64,000 bases of DNA from Antedon mediterranea (GCF_964355755.1 NC_092675.1:12209812-12273811); one strand, 5' to 3'; shown: positions 26,501 through 39,053, counted from the stretch's first letter. Notes: generated from the sequence alone by a model not told the origin. Numbers and translations are program-made.

Positions 26501-29169
26501 AAAGAAAAAGTACCATCATTAATTTGAATTTTTACATTGGGATACCTACTAACAGGACATTGTGATGTCATCGTAAGGCCACGCGAATATAAAATTTAGG
26601 ATTTTTGTATCTTTCTTCATAGCTCATCACATTTAATAGAGCGCATCTCCACTTATCCGTTTTCCATTTTCACCCCGATTTTGATATTGTCTAGGTCAAT
26701 CAACTATCTTTCGCATGAGTTAAAAATATTTTTATTTTTATGACGTCATCATGCCTAAAAATTTAAATTACGTGTGGCATAAATTTCATATTTACAGTAA
26801 AATTTAATCTGTTATAGCTCGTAAGAATGAAATGTGATAATCATGATTAAAACGTTTTCTGGAAGCTATTGAATTGTAGATACGAAATCATGTGAACATT
26901 TTGCTAATCGGATGTTGTGACGTCATCATATGGCCAGTTATATAAAAAAAGTCGTATTTTCATCTTTTGCGTTATAATTCATTACATTTAAAAGAGCGCG
27001 CATCAATATTTCACGTATTCAAATTTCTTGTACACGGTAATATGTTGTTGCTGAGATAATTTCCTTCCGAAATTGCTACCTTCGCGTTTCATTTTGAAAC
27101 CGTCAGCATGTTAAAAATTGGAATAAATAGCGGGTCCCGTATTTTCCCCTATTCTACACTGTATGTGATTGTGATATGTATACAGATTATACTGTGTATA
27201 CTATATGACACAAAATAACAGAATTCAGCAATAACAACATAATCATATTCTTCAGTCCAGGTCATAATGCCATAATCTTTTTCCGTGTGCAATATTCCAA
27301 CGTATGACGTGCTCGTGGCGTTTGTCGTGCGGATAACTAACTCGTCAAAGTGACGAGTTTCATGTCTAGTTTTTCTTATTTCTTTCTCCCTCATTTTTGT
27401 GTCTCACGTATCTCAAAAACTTGTAAACATAACATTTCATAACTTTGTCAACATATGGGCATTTACGTGAAGTTGTGCACCTCCTATTTTTGAATGACGT
27501 CAGAGTTGCGCAACGTGACTTACGTGCGATTTTATTATTTTTTATGATTGATCAAAGACTAAAAACCAAGCATAAATTTGTTTTGATACTTTGTGAAAAT
27601 TTAAGTCATATCAAGGGCAAACTTTTTGTGGATTAAAAATGCCATGTTTTACAAGACGTTACGCGCGCACGCGCATTTCTCCTCTATTTTTGTATCTCGC
27701 GTATCTCAAAAACGTGTAAACATAACATTTCATAACTTTGTCAACATATGGGCATTCACGTGAAGTTGTGCACCTCCTATTGTGAATGACGTCAGAAATG
27801 CGCAACGTGACTTACGCACGATTTTATGAATTTCGCGTATTTAACATAGATTTAAAACCATATAACAATTTGAATTGAAACTTAGCAAAAGTTTAATTTA
27901 TATCATGCGCTAACTTTCTGTGGAAAAAAATTGCGTGTTTTACACAAAGTTACGCGTGCACGCGCATTTAAAATTCAAAATGCGCAAAATTAATTTTTAA
28001 TCAACTTTCTACGCTGATCATGACATTTTGACCATGTCAAAATTTCCCACGCGCGCGAACAATTTTATGCGCGTGGTGCGCACGTAGCGCTAAAAGTATT
28101 TTTTTTTATTGAATTATGTTTTTTCAGCCTTTTATAGTTTTTTTACCAATTTTAAAACAATTTCGACTTACAATTACGTCATACGGGCACGTTGAATTGG
28201 ATACTTTACGTGCGTTTTTGATGAAAAAGTTCCAAAATTTGTCAAAATTATGCCTTTTTTTAAACAGTCATAGATTCTAAACAACGAGGTGAACTTTTTT
28301 TTAATTACATATTCTGGAAGTTGATGAGTTGTAGAAATCGGATCATGAATCAATATGGCTAACCGGACATTTTGACGTCATCGTATGGCCACACGAATGA
28401 AAAATATAGGATTTTTGTCTCTTTCGTTATTGCTCATCATATTCAATGGAGCGCATCACGCCTATCTGTATTCCTTTTTCTCCGAGATTTTAATATTGTC
28501 TAGGTCAATCAACTATCTTTCGCATGAGTTAAAAATATTTTAATTTTTATGACGTCATCATGCCTAAAAATTATAATTAACAGGGTTATTAATTTTATCT
28601 TTACAGTAAATTTTAATCTGTTATAGCTCGTAAGAATAAAAAGTGATAATTATGATTAAAACGTTTTATGGAAGCTATTGGACTGTAGATACGAATTAAT
28701 GTGAACATTTTGCCAATCGGATGTTGTGAAGTCATCATATGGCCAGTTGAATAAAAAAAGTTGTATTTTCATATTTTGCGTCATGGTTCATCATATTTAA
28801 ACGAGCACGTATCCATATTCTACGTATTCAAATTTCTTCTACACGTTAATATGTTGTTGGTGAGATAATGTCCTTCCGAAATTGCTATCTTAGTGTTTAA
28901 TTTTAATACCGTCGCCATGTTAAAAATTGGAATAAACGGTGGGTCCCGTAATTTCACCATTCTACACTGTATGTAATATGTATACAGATTATACTGTATA
29001 TACTATATGACACAAAATAGACAGAATTCAGCACTAACAAGATATGATATTCTTCAGTTCAGGTCATAATGCCATAATCTTTTTCTGTGTGCAATATTCC
29101 AACGTATGACGTGCACGTGGTTTGTCATGCGGATAACTAACTCGTCAAAGTGACGAGTTTCATGTCTAG
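20357..29169 (+). mobile_element. Array of non-autonomous Helentron/Helitron2-like (HINE-type) elements
   Basis: Six 5' hairpins GTTATCCGC-loop-GCGGATAAC (20360-20745), then ~1.5-kb related bodies. Each body ends with subTIR GCGGATAAC, hairpin ACTCGTCA-AAG-TGAC(G/A)AGT and CTAG|T at 22295, 23808, 27369 and 29169. No TSD; T-rich targets. Confidence 0.8.
24526..26548. mobile_element. Non-autonomous TIR DNA transposon (hAT-like; 7-bp TSD most parsimonious)
   Basis: Perfect TIR TAGGTATCCCAATG/CATTGGGATACCTA, with CTAACAG duplicated (24519-24525, 26549-26555). The Helentron body resumes seamlessly after it. Confidence 0.82.
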
Positions 29170-29278
29170 TTGTTACTTAGTTTTAGAATGTTATGTTAGA
29201 TGGCCATACTATAATTAATACTGTATTTTAAAAACCAATACCTGTATCACTTGACTCAATTTTAAAAGAAGGAAGTAA

Positions 29279-29426
29279 TGTAATAATATATTCATATTAG
29301 CAATTTAACGACTGGATTGGAGACTAATAAAAGAGTTCTACAAGATGGCTGAACATTAGCACATGGCCTGATTTCTCAGTGAAATACTTAGTGTAATCAT
29401 TCATTCCCAGAGCACAATATATAACA
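29279..29426 (+). repeat. 3' LTR (148 bp)
   Basis: Copy of the 5' LTR, preceded by purine tract AAAAGAAGGAAG and followed by TSD TATAT. Confidence 0.95.
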
Positions 29427-30229
29427 TATATTATATCAACTTTGTCAATATCAATAAAATACGGATTGTTAAACACCTTTAAAAACTTGATAACTTTAAA
29501 AAAAATGAATATGAATTTGGTCTAAAGTGAGACGTTTCGGCCCACAAAGTGGGCGAATCATCTCAGGGCCGAATCGTCCCTGAACCGGCCTATCGCTATC
29601 CCGCTATAGTTACCTCTAAATCTAATCTAGCCTAGGCCTAGGCCTTAAAATATAGTGTCAACTGTCATTGGAGTTTAGCGTAGGCTTACCTAGTACAGGT
29701 CTATTACTTCAATAATAACGTTGATTGAATGTTATTGTTAGGAAATATTTATGTTCTTTAGTCTTTCAAATCAGTCCATAACATGGAGTGATAATTGCGA
29801 TTTTTACAGCCGAAATGGAATTGAACAGCCGTCAAAATTGAAACAAAATTGAATGTATGAAACGCCGCGTGTGCCGTTTGCCATACAACGTACAATCAAA
29901 ACGACGTTCAATACAATCATTGTTTTACATGTTTTACGTTGTTTTCCGGCAACATCCGTACAACAGAACTTTATAATTATAAAATAAGAATAAAATGTAT
30001 AAGCACTGTGAAACAAACACTATCTAATACGGTACATAATTAGTATAAATAAACAAAAGGACTACGAATGTAAATTATATCTATTTATTTTCAATCCTAG
30101 ACAGAGAAGTATTTCTGTTAATAAAAAAATAATTATGAAAATACTGTAGCTATATAAAATACACCCTTATCTTTCCTTACGCCGATGTACCTTCCTCCAC
30201 TACGTACTGGATTTGTCATCCACGTCGTC

Positions 30230-30525
30230 ATTTCCTGCCAAGGATTCGGCTGTGGATAGGAATTCTCCATCTCGACTTCCTGATGTACTTCTGGCTCAAC
30301 AATCTGTCTCAAATCGGCGGCAAACACGTCGATTTCTTCTGGTATCGGTTGATCATTTTCAGAACATTGTCGGCAACTCCATTTAATACTACCATTTTCC
30401 ACTCCTCTTAAATACTCTGCTCGCGTCACTCAAATATCACACTCGCGATGTTGCCATCTACCAGTCTCACATAGCAGTTCTTGATTCTCGATAACAGGTT
30501 GTTGGCATTCAATGCAAGCGTTCAT
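30230..30525 (-). pseudogene. Degenerate PHD finger, probably the N-terminus of a MULE-type transposase
   Basis: MNACIECQQPVIENQELLCETGRWQHREC..*.TRAEYLRGVENGSIKWSCRQC fits a C4HC3-like pattern with a deletion and a stop. Confidence 0.55.
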
Positions 30526-31771
30526 ATTGATTATTTGATACAAACTAATGTTCACTTGGAAAATACTCCATTTTAACGGAAAACACAAGAACCAAAAAGT
30601 GCGTGGCATGTCTGTGCAAATATTAGATTATTGTCTTTATGTAAATGTTAGATGACTCCACAATGTGACTAGGCGCGGTTAATGCGCTAACATCTAACAT
30701 AAATTTAAAACAATTAGCCCCGCGAAGGTGTTGTTGATACACATAATAGTAAAATAATAGGACACAACTTCATTTAAAATGCTTTATTGGCATAATATTA
30801 ATACATATATGGTATGTTAGAATGTTTGAATACTATTACACAATTTCATATGTTATTTAATTCACTATGGACCTATTGAATAACAATATAAATAGCTTTA
30901 ACATATTAATATTATTACAGTACATTCGTATTTGTTTTGCCTCTTTTTACAATAATTGAATTGACGTACCGTATTTGTAATAATAATACTTTAAATAAAT
31001 TTATATTGCGCTTAGAATGGTGAATGATTATAATAAGCATTATTTCAATAAAAACATAAAATAAAAAAATACGTTTATTCTTTGATTTTATTCTTAAACA
31101 TTATATTGGTTGGTTTCATAGTACGTAATACTGCATTGGCTTGTTCATGTAGCTGCGGAGGTATTGGCGTCATAGAAAATGTTGGTGGCCGTTTCAATGT
31201 ATGTCTTGAACTGTTTTGATGTTGCTCATACTTTGGCGCTAGGTGGTTCCGTTTCGCACCTGTCTTTTATTTCAACTCCAAATTTGTTAAGTAACTTATC
31301 GTGAATACCACACCTACGAAACCTAAGATCACGAAATCTAAGACCCCTACCTAAGATCACGAAACCAATGACCAAAGACCTGAGATTACAAATTGTAAGA
31401 TATACGACAGCTTAAAAACAATAATTGTTTATCTATACACAATTTTAAACATAGTAGGTTTCATTTATTAATGCAAAATCGAATATCACGTGAGGTTTAT
31501 TAGACGGCTGTAAAACTAAGACTATTTAAACTTCTTTTATGGAATTCAATAATTGCAATGGCCTCCTAGCCGCGCCTGTGTCTCGCAAAAATAATTATTG
31601 TATATATAAAAAACAGAGCATTCACAGAGATGTGTAGCGGTTAAAATAAGTACAGTATGTCAAACATAAAAGAAATCTTAGAGTCGATGGCCTAGTTTTA
31701 CAGCCGTCTAATAAACGTCACGTGATATTCGATTTTGTCGATAGGTGGCGGTATAAATTACGCAATATTTC

Positions 31772-32232
31772 ACTGCATGACGATTGGTGTGTACTGCATG
31801 ACGATTGGTGTGTACTGCATGACAATTGGTGTGTACTGCATGACCATTGGTGTGTACTGCATGACGATTGGTGTGTACTGCATGATGTTTGGTGTGTACT
31901 GCATGACAATTGGTGTGTACTGCATGACCATTGGTGTGTACTGCATGACGATTGGTGTGTACTGCATGACCATTGGTGTGTACTGCATGATAAATGTGAA
32001 CGACGATTGGTGTGTACTGCATGACTATTGGTGTGTACTGCATGACCATTGGTGTGTACTGCATGACCATTGGTGTGTACTGCATGACGATTGGTGTGTA
32101 CTGCATGACCATTGTGAACTGAAGGCAGAGGAGGCGTTCCATAGTGTACTGCATGACGATTGGTGTGTACTGCATGAAGATTGGTGTGTACTGCATGATA
32201 AATGTGAACTGAAGGCAGAGGAGGCGTTCCAT
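31772..32232. repeat. 21-bp minisatellite (GTACTGCATGACNATTGGTGT)n
   Basis: About 17-18 tandem units plus two copies of an interspersed TGTGAACTGAAGGCAGAGGAGGCGTTCCATA variant. This explains the overlapping repetitive ORFs here. Confidence 0.95.
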
Positions 32233-32276
32233 AATAGCCAGGATCGGTATATGAGTTTGTTTGCCAGGCTGGAGCG

Positions 32277-33185
32277 GGCCGCGATTTTTTTTTTCGTACA
32301 TAAGTTGGGGACCCCTCATGAAACGTCACAAAATAAACATGAATAATTCATCAGTTAAATTATCTTGTTCCGTGTGCACCCAAGCGTATAGCAACAAGAA
32401 GTGATTACACAACTGCGATACGATACTTTCTACAGTAGGCCTAGGATTCTAAGTCAATTCACGTGATTGCCTTCGCGCACTCTTCTTCACACACATACCA
32501 CTATGCAAAATGTATCGAGTCGAGGCTAATCCGACAGCTAGGCAAGACATTACACTAAGTAGTAATTCATTGGACATAGCCCAAATAAACCTTAGACCCA
32601 CAAGAATAAAGAATGTGTATGATTTGTGTACTTACTTTTTTTTAATTCTGCTATTTTATTATCAAACAATATGCATGTACTCAAAGGAACTTTAAAAATG
32701 CTCGTATATTTATATGAACACATGAGATGGGAAGATTAGACCCACGAGATTAAAAAATGTATTTTTGTGTAAGTTTATTGTTTAATTTTGCTGACTTATT
32801 ACTCGGATTGTGTCATACCAACACACACACGTCACACATACCCACACAGCTACTACTAGAATAGACATGGGTTTAGAGACAAATAATTAGGCCTAATAGT
32901 ATTAATAGAAACTATAATTTTAACACGTAATTCTTTAGTAATACATTATATTAAAAACACCATAAACTAAAGGCTGATTATTTCGACAATCCACACAAAA
33001 CGCAGCTATTCTTCTATGAAATCGCACGCCGCAACAACAGCGGAGTCTGAGATAGGCCTAGAATCGTACCGCAATACGCTTGGGTGCACACGGAACAGGA
33101 AAATTTAACTGATGAATTATTCATGTTTATTTTGTGACGTTTCATGAGGTGGTCCCCAACTTATGTACGAAAAAAAAATCGCGGG
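32277..33185. mobile_element. Rearranged foldback copy of the internal sequence of the 18324-20351 element
   Basis: 32280-32425 matches 18443-18590 in forward orientation. 32430-33183 is the reverse complement of about 18445-19220. Followed by (GAGC)n at 33186-33218. Confidence 0.8.
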
Positions 33186-33772
33186 CGAGCGAGCGAGCGA
33201 GCGAGCGAGCGAGCGAGCCAGCTTCATGTGTGCGCTGATTTCTGTGACTAAGACCTGGGGCTAGATCATAGTATTTGAGGGCCCCTTATTGTCCGCATTT
33301 GCTTTTTGTTTATGGTCACCATCTGTAAACAAAGTTTATTAAAAAATATAGGCTTAAATAGGCAATTTGGAATAAAAATAAAACCATCATAGAGTCATCA
33401 TAGACATAGTAATAATACTAGGTCTAGCCTCGAGGCTGAGTCAAATAATCATAAGCGCACACATCCATGCAGCCTGGCGCCGCCGATAGGCATTCTCTCT
33501 ACAGAAGCGATGTGAAAAAAATCCTTATCCTTATACGATGACGTCACAGCACCCCATTGGCTGATTATGACGTAATGCAATTTTACCGTATCTTTAGTAA
33601 CCGGAAGTTAGGATACGGTACCGTATCTTTAGCCACGGCGTAAATTTAATTAAATACTTATCACAAACATAAATAAACTCAAAATATTTTCGCCCGTTGA
33701 GTTTCACAACAAACAAACTTGACGGTTTGTTTGTTGATATATAATTACTCCATTTCGTTGGTTTCAGGGGTT

Positions 33773-34602
33773 GTTCCCATTTCGTACCTGCATTGTATTT
33801 TTTGGACTCCAAATTAATTCAACAAAAAAATTATAATATCCTGAATACCACACCTTAGAATTAGGCCTCATAAGTACTTTTATGAAAGAGATTCACATAA
33901 AAAGTAACAAATAAATACTTGGTTTTATTTATAAATAAAAATTGGTGATTTTACAGACGTGTTTCTCGCACACTCTTTCGCATACTCAACTTTCAATATT
34001 TTCGTTTCTATGGAGCGCTAAAAGAGCAACAGTAATAGAGAGGGTTAAAACTCGATGGAATGCGTCTACACTTAAATTTATTAGTGAAATGCACGTTTAA
34101 TTTCAATATATCTTATCAATAAAAATGCTGTAATATGTTACTGCTGATACTTTTCTATTTTCAAAGAATATTAATCGATCTTAAAATCAGCATCACTACT
34201 TACCCTAGGCCTAGTGATAAGGGCGACCTCAGGGGATATGGTGAATTTGTCGATTTTATTATTAACGTTGACGAAACCGTGTAAAGTATCAACAGTAACT
34301 TTTTATTTGTATTGACAGTGACAATATATATTTAATTCAATATGATTTTTACCAAAAAATTAGTTAAATAGATGGATTCCACATAGTTTTTAGCCACTAT
34401 TAATGTTGCTCTTTTGGCGTTCCATAAAAACGAGATATTAAACATAGAGTATGCGAAATTCGCATGAGAAAATCGTCGGTAAAATCAGGGAAGAGTTAAC
34501 TCTTCCCTGGTAAAATCATTAATTTATTTAAAGAATTTATTGTTATTTTATTGATTCTTTATTTGATTCGTCTTCAACTAATTCTAAGATGTGGTATTCA
34601 GG
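33773..34602. mobile_element. Second member of the 31235-35530 foldback family
   Basis: CTGAATACCACACCTTAGAATT (33841) is inverted as AATTCTAAGATGTGGTATTCAG (34580). Arms are similar to 34741-35470. Confidence 0.6.
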
Positions 34603-36591
34603 TTAAAGTTGGTTAACAAATTTAGCGTTAAAATACAAGGCATGTGCGAAAGAGAACTATTGGTAATCGTAGGTCTTAGGTTTCGAGATCTGTAGGTCTT
34701 AGGGGGTCTTAGATTTCGTGATCTTATGTTTCGTGACACCCCTTAGAATTAGGCCTTACTAGTACTTTTACGGATATTCACTTTTACGAAGGAGAATCAC
34801 AGAAAAGGTAACACATAAATCCTTTTAATTGATGAATTTACAGGCGTGTTTTTCGTACACCGTTCGTGAATTTCGCCTACTCCTTGTGCAACATTGTCGT
34901 TTCTATGGAGCGCAAAAAGAGCAACTATAATAGATGGCTAAAAACTCAGCTGAATGCGTATATTTAATGCAATTATTGGTAAAAATTACGTTCAATTTCA
35001 TTATATTTTGTCAATGATAATACAACTGAAATGTTACTGTTGATACTGTACAGGGTTTCGTTAACTTTTAAAAATAAAAATCGACAAAGTCATCGTCATA
35101 TGTACTGTAGGTTTATACCTCAATCATCTAAATAACATCCCTAGGCTAGACTATGTAGTAATGCAGATTTAGTGTCGGTTGATATCCTTGGAAAAAAGCA
35201 CATTATCAGCAGTAACATGTTACAGCATTTTTATTTACAAAATATATTGAAATTAAACGTGTATTTCAATAGATGCATTTAAAGTAGACGCATTCCACTG
35301 AGTTTTTAACCCTCTATTAGTATTAGTGTTATAGTTGCTCTTTTGAAGCTCCATAGAAACCAAAATATGGAAATTCGAGTATGCGAGAAAAACTTCTGTA
35401 AAATCTGAAGGAGTTTTTATGTGATTCGCCCTCATAAAAGTACTTATGAGGCCCAATTCTAAGGTGTGGCCTATTCACGATAGTCGAAAGGAAGTCGAAA
35501 TAAATACAGGTGCGAAACGGAACTAGCGCCCATACTTTTGTGTTATGTTCCTGTGCTTGGAGGATGACTGTTGTTGATGAAGGATTCTGGTGGTGAGAGG
35601 AACGCGGAATGCATGTTGATGTTGGAAGTGAATGTTGGGATAGTGTCTGTACTCACATTGGCCATGTATGTGGCATCGTTGTTTAGTCTAATAGTGCATC
35701 TATCGGCTTAGTTTTAACAACTATGAAAAACATAATAATAAAACCTAACCCTTCTAAATAATCTCTCTCAAACTAAAAACATATTTTAAAAAATTGTCAA
35801 GTAGAGAATCGATCCAGCAAACCAGCCTCAATACAAGCCCACTGAGCCATCCAGTCCGTCGATCCAATCAGGTTTGACTTTGTATATGAATGAATAAAAA
35901 CATATATTATACGTAAGTAACTTCATTTTATTCTATATACTTTGACATGTGATGAGGGAAAGGAAATCTACAAATCATACCTCGGTCACACCTTTGGAAC
36001 ATGCGAATTATCTGAAAAATGCTAATTAATGGTTAAAATATAGGGTATAGATAGAACGCCAATAGAACGCCAACCGCTAGTTATAGAGAGTTAACTTTTT
36101 TTTCCAAATTGTTCTTATGGAACATTTTGTCCAATAAATGACCGCAAGTGCCGTATTTGACCTTATTTTAAAAGGATTAAGGTAACTTTCACCATAGTCA
36201 ATAATTCCATTACAATTCCATTGACTATGCTTTCACGCAGAATTTACGTATCACCATAACTACTCTAGGTAGAGACATCATTTTAGTCTCTATACTTTCA
36301 CTATAAAGAGATGTAATTCCACAAATCACACTTTAGAAACATATGCAATAAACACATACACGCGATCGACCACACAACCTCTCGCCATTCTGGCGAAGCT
36401 AGTTAAATGAAATATGCAACAGCAATGGTTGGTTATGGTGCTCTTGCAATTAGGCTACTTCTGTTCTTGAGCCCTCTTCTTTGATTGTCAAACCAAGATA
36501 TATGAACTTATTCACTTTCTTAAGCTCGTCTAAGGATCGTCTTGAACACCTCAAAGAAGATTTACCATCAACCCCTGATTCTCTTCTAAAG

Positions 36592-36940
36592 GTTATTCAT
36601 TCATTCATAATTCATTCATAATGGTATATTTATTAAAATCATCTTCCCAGAAAAACTGAATTGTGACAATTTTTTACAATATTAAAAGGTAATTAAAATA
36701 TGTAAAATGTGTAAAAAAGATAGCATAAAATAAAATAAAAAAAACATCAAAAAGTTGAGAAACACACAATACATAAAAAAAAACCAATAAAATAAACGAA
36801 CACAACATCAAAACTAGTAAAAATCTAAATGACCAAGTGAATTGAAAAAATTACCTAACATATTATTTTTTATTCTTATTACTTCAAACATGTATTATAC
36901 AGGGGAATACAATTATTTTCAATACAGTAGTAAAATCATT
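36592..36940 (-). mobile_element. Probable 5'-truncated LINE 3' end
   Basis: The minus strand ends with AATAAA followed by a (TGAA)n tail; T-rich 3' UTR-like body. Confidence 0.45.
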
Positions 36941-37267
36941 TGTGGTTCCACTGTCTAATCATGTATGGGATGGAGCTGTTACGATATCTGATAGTCCGGC
37001 AAACAGGGTCAGTAAGTTTGTTTGCACTTCGTAGGCCTCTGCTATGAGACTCAAACCTACTACCTACCTATTCAATGCGATTGCAAAAATAACTGCAATA
37101 CAAGGAACTTTTAAGATAATTTGTATTTCTTTTACATGTTAACACTAAAACGACTACTACTGTCAACGTGGTAAAATGTCATATGCTGTACTGTACATAT
37201 CTATCATTTTTAAATAACTCTTATAAATATTGAGTTAAATGTAACTTCAAGTACTATAACTCAGTAA

Positions 37268-37361
37268 CCCGATTTCCAAGGCACATCTCAGTCTTTCAGT
37301 AGATACATCGAATATCAGTATTGGTGGTGTTCTAGCAACATAGAATGGCAGTGAATGGTAA
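37268..37361 (+). pseudogene. Small Gypsy RNase H-like fragment
   Basis: PISKAHLSLSVDTSNISIGGVLAT*NGSEW*P resembles the xDASxxxIGxVL motif. Confidence 0.4.
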
Positions 37362-38560
37362 CCGTCGTCGTCAATGCAAACTCTGATCAGAGCGTTGCTT
37401 CTTTAACAGTATTCTGAAACCATCTCCTGTCTTCTGCCATCCTACTTGCTTTTTCACAGAGCCAGACACATCTGTTATATTCTTCTCCCATTTGCATCTT
37501 GGTCTTCTTCCTCTCTTCCCTGGAATGAAGGCCTCCATCACTCTCTTCTTCATTCCATCTTGCCGCTTAATGTGACCAAAGCAGCACAGTTTCTGCTTTC
37601 TAACATACTGCAGCAACCTGATCATTTGATACACTAACCTTCTCTCTTATGCTATCATTTGTGCGGTGTTGAATCCATGGGACTCGCAAGATCCTTCGGT
37701 AGCATGTGGTTACAAAGACTGTGATGGGTTTTTAATCCATATTGCGCAGTACCCAGGTCTCACAGGCACATGTGGTCACTGGAAAGACACATTCTTTGAG
37801 AATCCGCAGCTTGGTCACTTTGTCTTGTCCCCCGCCACAGCCTTTTCATCCCAGTGAGAGCTTGTAATCTTATGGCCAATCTGCTTCTGGTTTCTTCATC
37901 CCCTTCCTGGCACCAAGGTACATCAAACATTGTCAGCCTCCTCCAATGCGGATCCACTTCTTTCTATGTTCTGCATGTTTTCGTTTGCCACTTCTCTAGA
38001 AACAGTCATGACTTTGGTCTTGTTCGCATTCATTTTTAGCCCATGAGATACGCTTTCTTCATTCACTGAATCAACAAACTGTTCTTCTGTGATGGCATAA
38101 TGCTGAACAGAGCCGGAGACAAAATGCAGCCCTGTCGGATGCCTTTCTCGATGGTAAACCAATCAGTTGTTCCACACTCAAGCCTAACAGCTGATTGTTG
38201 ATCTTGATAAAGTTTTCTAATTAACTTTACATATGCTGGAAACCCCATCTTCATCATGATGGACCAGAGTTGGTTATATCTGGCATTGTCAAAAGCTTTT
38301 GAGTAGTCTACAAAACAGATGAACAAATCTGCATTTTCAGACATTTGCGAATCAGCATCTGAAGGTTGAAGATGTGATGCACATTCAGTATCCTCGTCAT
38401 TTGGCCAAGAATTTAAGCATGATCTTGCTTGCATGGCATATAAGTGATATGGTTCTATAATTTCCACATAGCTTTCTTTGGTAAGTGGAATAGGATTCTG
38501 CGTCAGTCAACTGGCCATTATGTTGTCTGCCAGATCTTTTTTTTTCTCCTTTGTGGCGTT
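37362..38560 (-). mobile_element. 5'-truncated, degenerate RTE-clade LINE (RT C-terminal half)
   Basis: FICFVDYSKAFD, LIRKLYQDQQSAVR, GIRQGCILSPALF, GLKMNANKTKVM, FGHIKR and GKRGRRPR motifs. (GAC)n tail at 37362-37372. Confidence 0.88.
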
Positions 38561-38694
38561 AACCACTATTTATTCAATTCCTCTTCAATAGTTAATACAG
38601 TTATTTCTAATAATAATACTAACTATTTCATTGTTATTCTCACTTTTGTTTGGTTTATATATATATATGCATTAACGACAGCGTGGTACGGCGG

Positions 38695-38759
<65 letters not shown>

Positions 38760-38763
<4 letters not shown>

Positions 38764-39053
38764 ATTTGATCTCTGGTGCGCGTGCGTACAACTGAGGACT
38801 AGTGCTGTTCCGCCGTACCACGCCGAGAATGTTAAAGAGTCGCTATCCAATCGAGTTTGAACAATACCATGAAAGCCCCAGTGGTCTAATGGTTAGGACA
38901 TCTGCATATCAAGCAGGCGGTCCGAGTTCGAGTCTCGGTTGGGGCGACTTTTTCTCATTCTCACAGATTTCCTCATCTTTATCGTTTCAAATTAATGAAT
39001 TAAATTTCAGTATATCACCGGGCGGTTTAGAATTAATGTTCTGTGCCTGATTT

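Larger units (their letters stand above)
12912..29426 (+). mobile_element. Full-length Ty3/Gypsy LTR retrotransposon (Mag-like), disrupted by about 12 kb of nested insertions
   Basis: TG...CA LTRs at 12912-13056 and 29279-29426. 5-bp TSD TATAT. PBS TGGCGACGAG. Purine tract before the 3' LTR. Domain order gag-PR-RT-RH-IN. Confidence 0.95.
12564..29586. mobile_element. MULE-type MITE (~0.5 kb net) split by the Gypsy insertion
   Basis: 9-bp TSD GGCCTATCG (12555-12563, 29587-29595). Termini GGTAACGGGACG and CGTCCCTGAACC, with inverted GACGATTCGGCCC subterminal repeats. Confidence 0.8.
31313..34740. mobile_element. Nested MULE-like element with repeat-built inverted termini
   Basis: ACGAAACCTAAGATCACGAAATCTAAGACCCC (31314 onward) is inverted at 34670-34740. 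It splits host motif GAATACCACACC|TTAGAATTAGGCC, which is intact at 33843. Confidence 0.6.
31235..35530. mobile_element. Foldback-type TIR element with 8-bp TSD (MULE- or Merlin-like), containing nested insertions
   Basis: Termini GGCGCTAG..GTTCCGTTTCGCACCTGT and ACAGGTGCGAAACGGAACTAGCGCC. CATACTTT is duplicated (31227-31234, 35531-35538). Long inverted arms lie in 34741-35470. Confidence 0.75.

Noticed and set aside
31708-32346. Several overlapping ORFs of up to 203 aa (MQYTPIV, HAVHTN, CMTIGVY repeats)
   Set aside because: Artefacts of a stop-free 21-bp minisatellite that is open in most frames.
38875-38946. Bona fide housekeeping tRNA-Asp gene cluster
   Set aside because: ATC anticodon, purine at position 32, long conserved flanks, and truncated or mutated copies indicate a mobile repeat rather than a normal tRNA gene.
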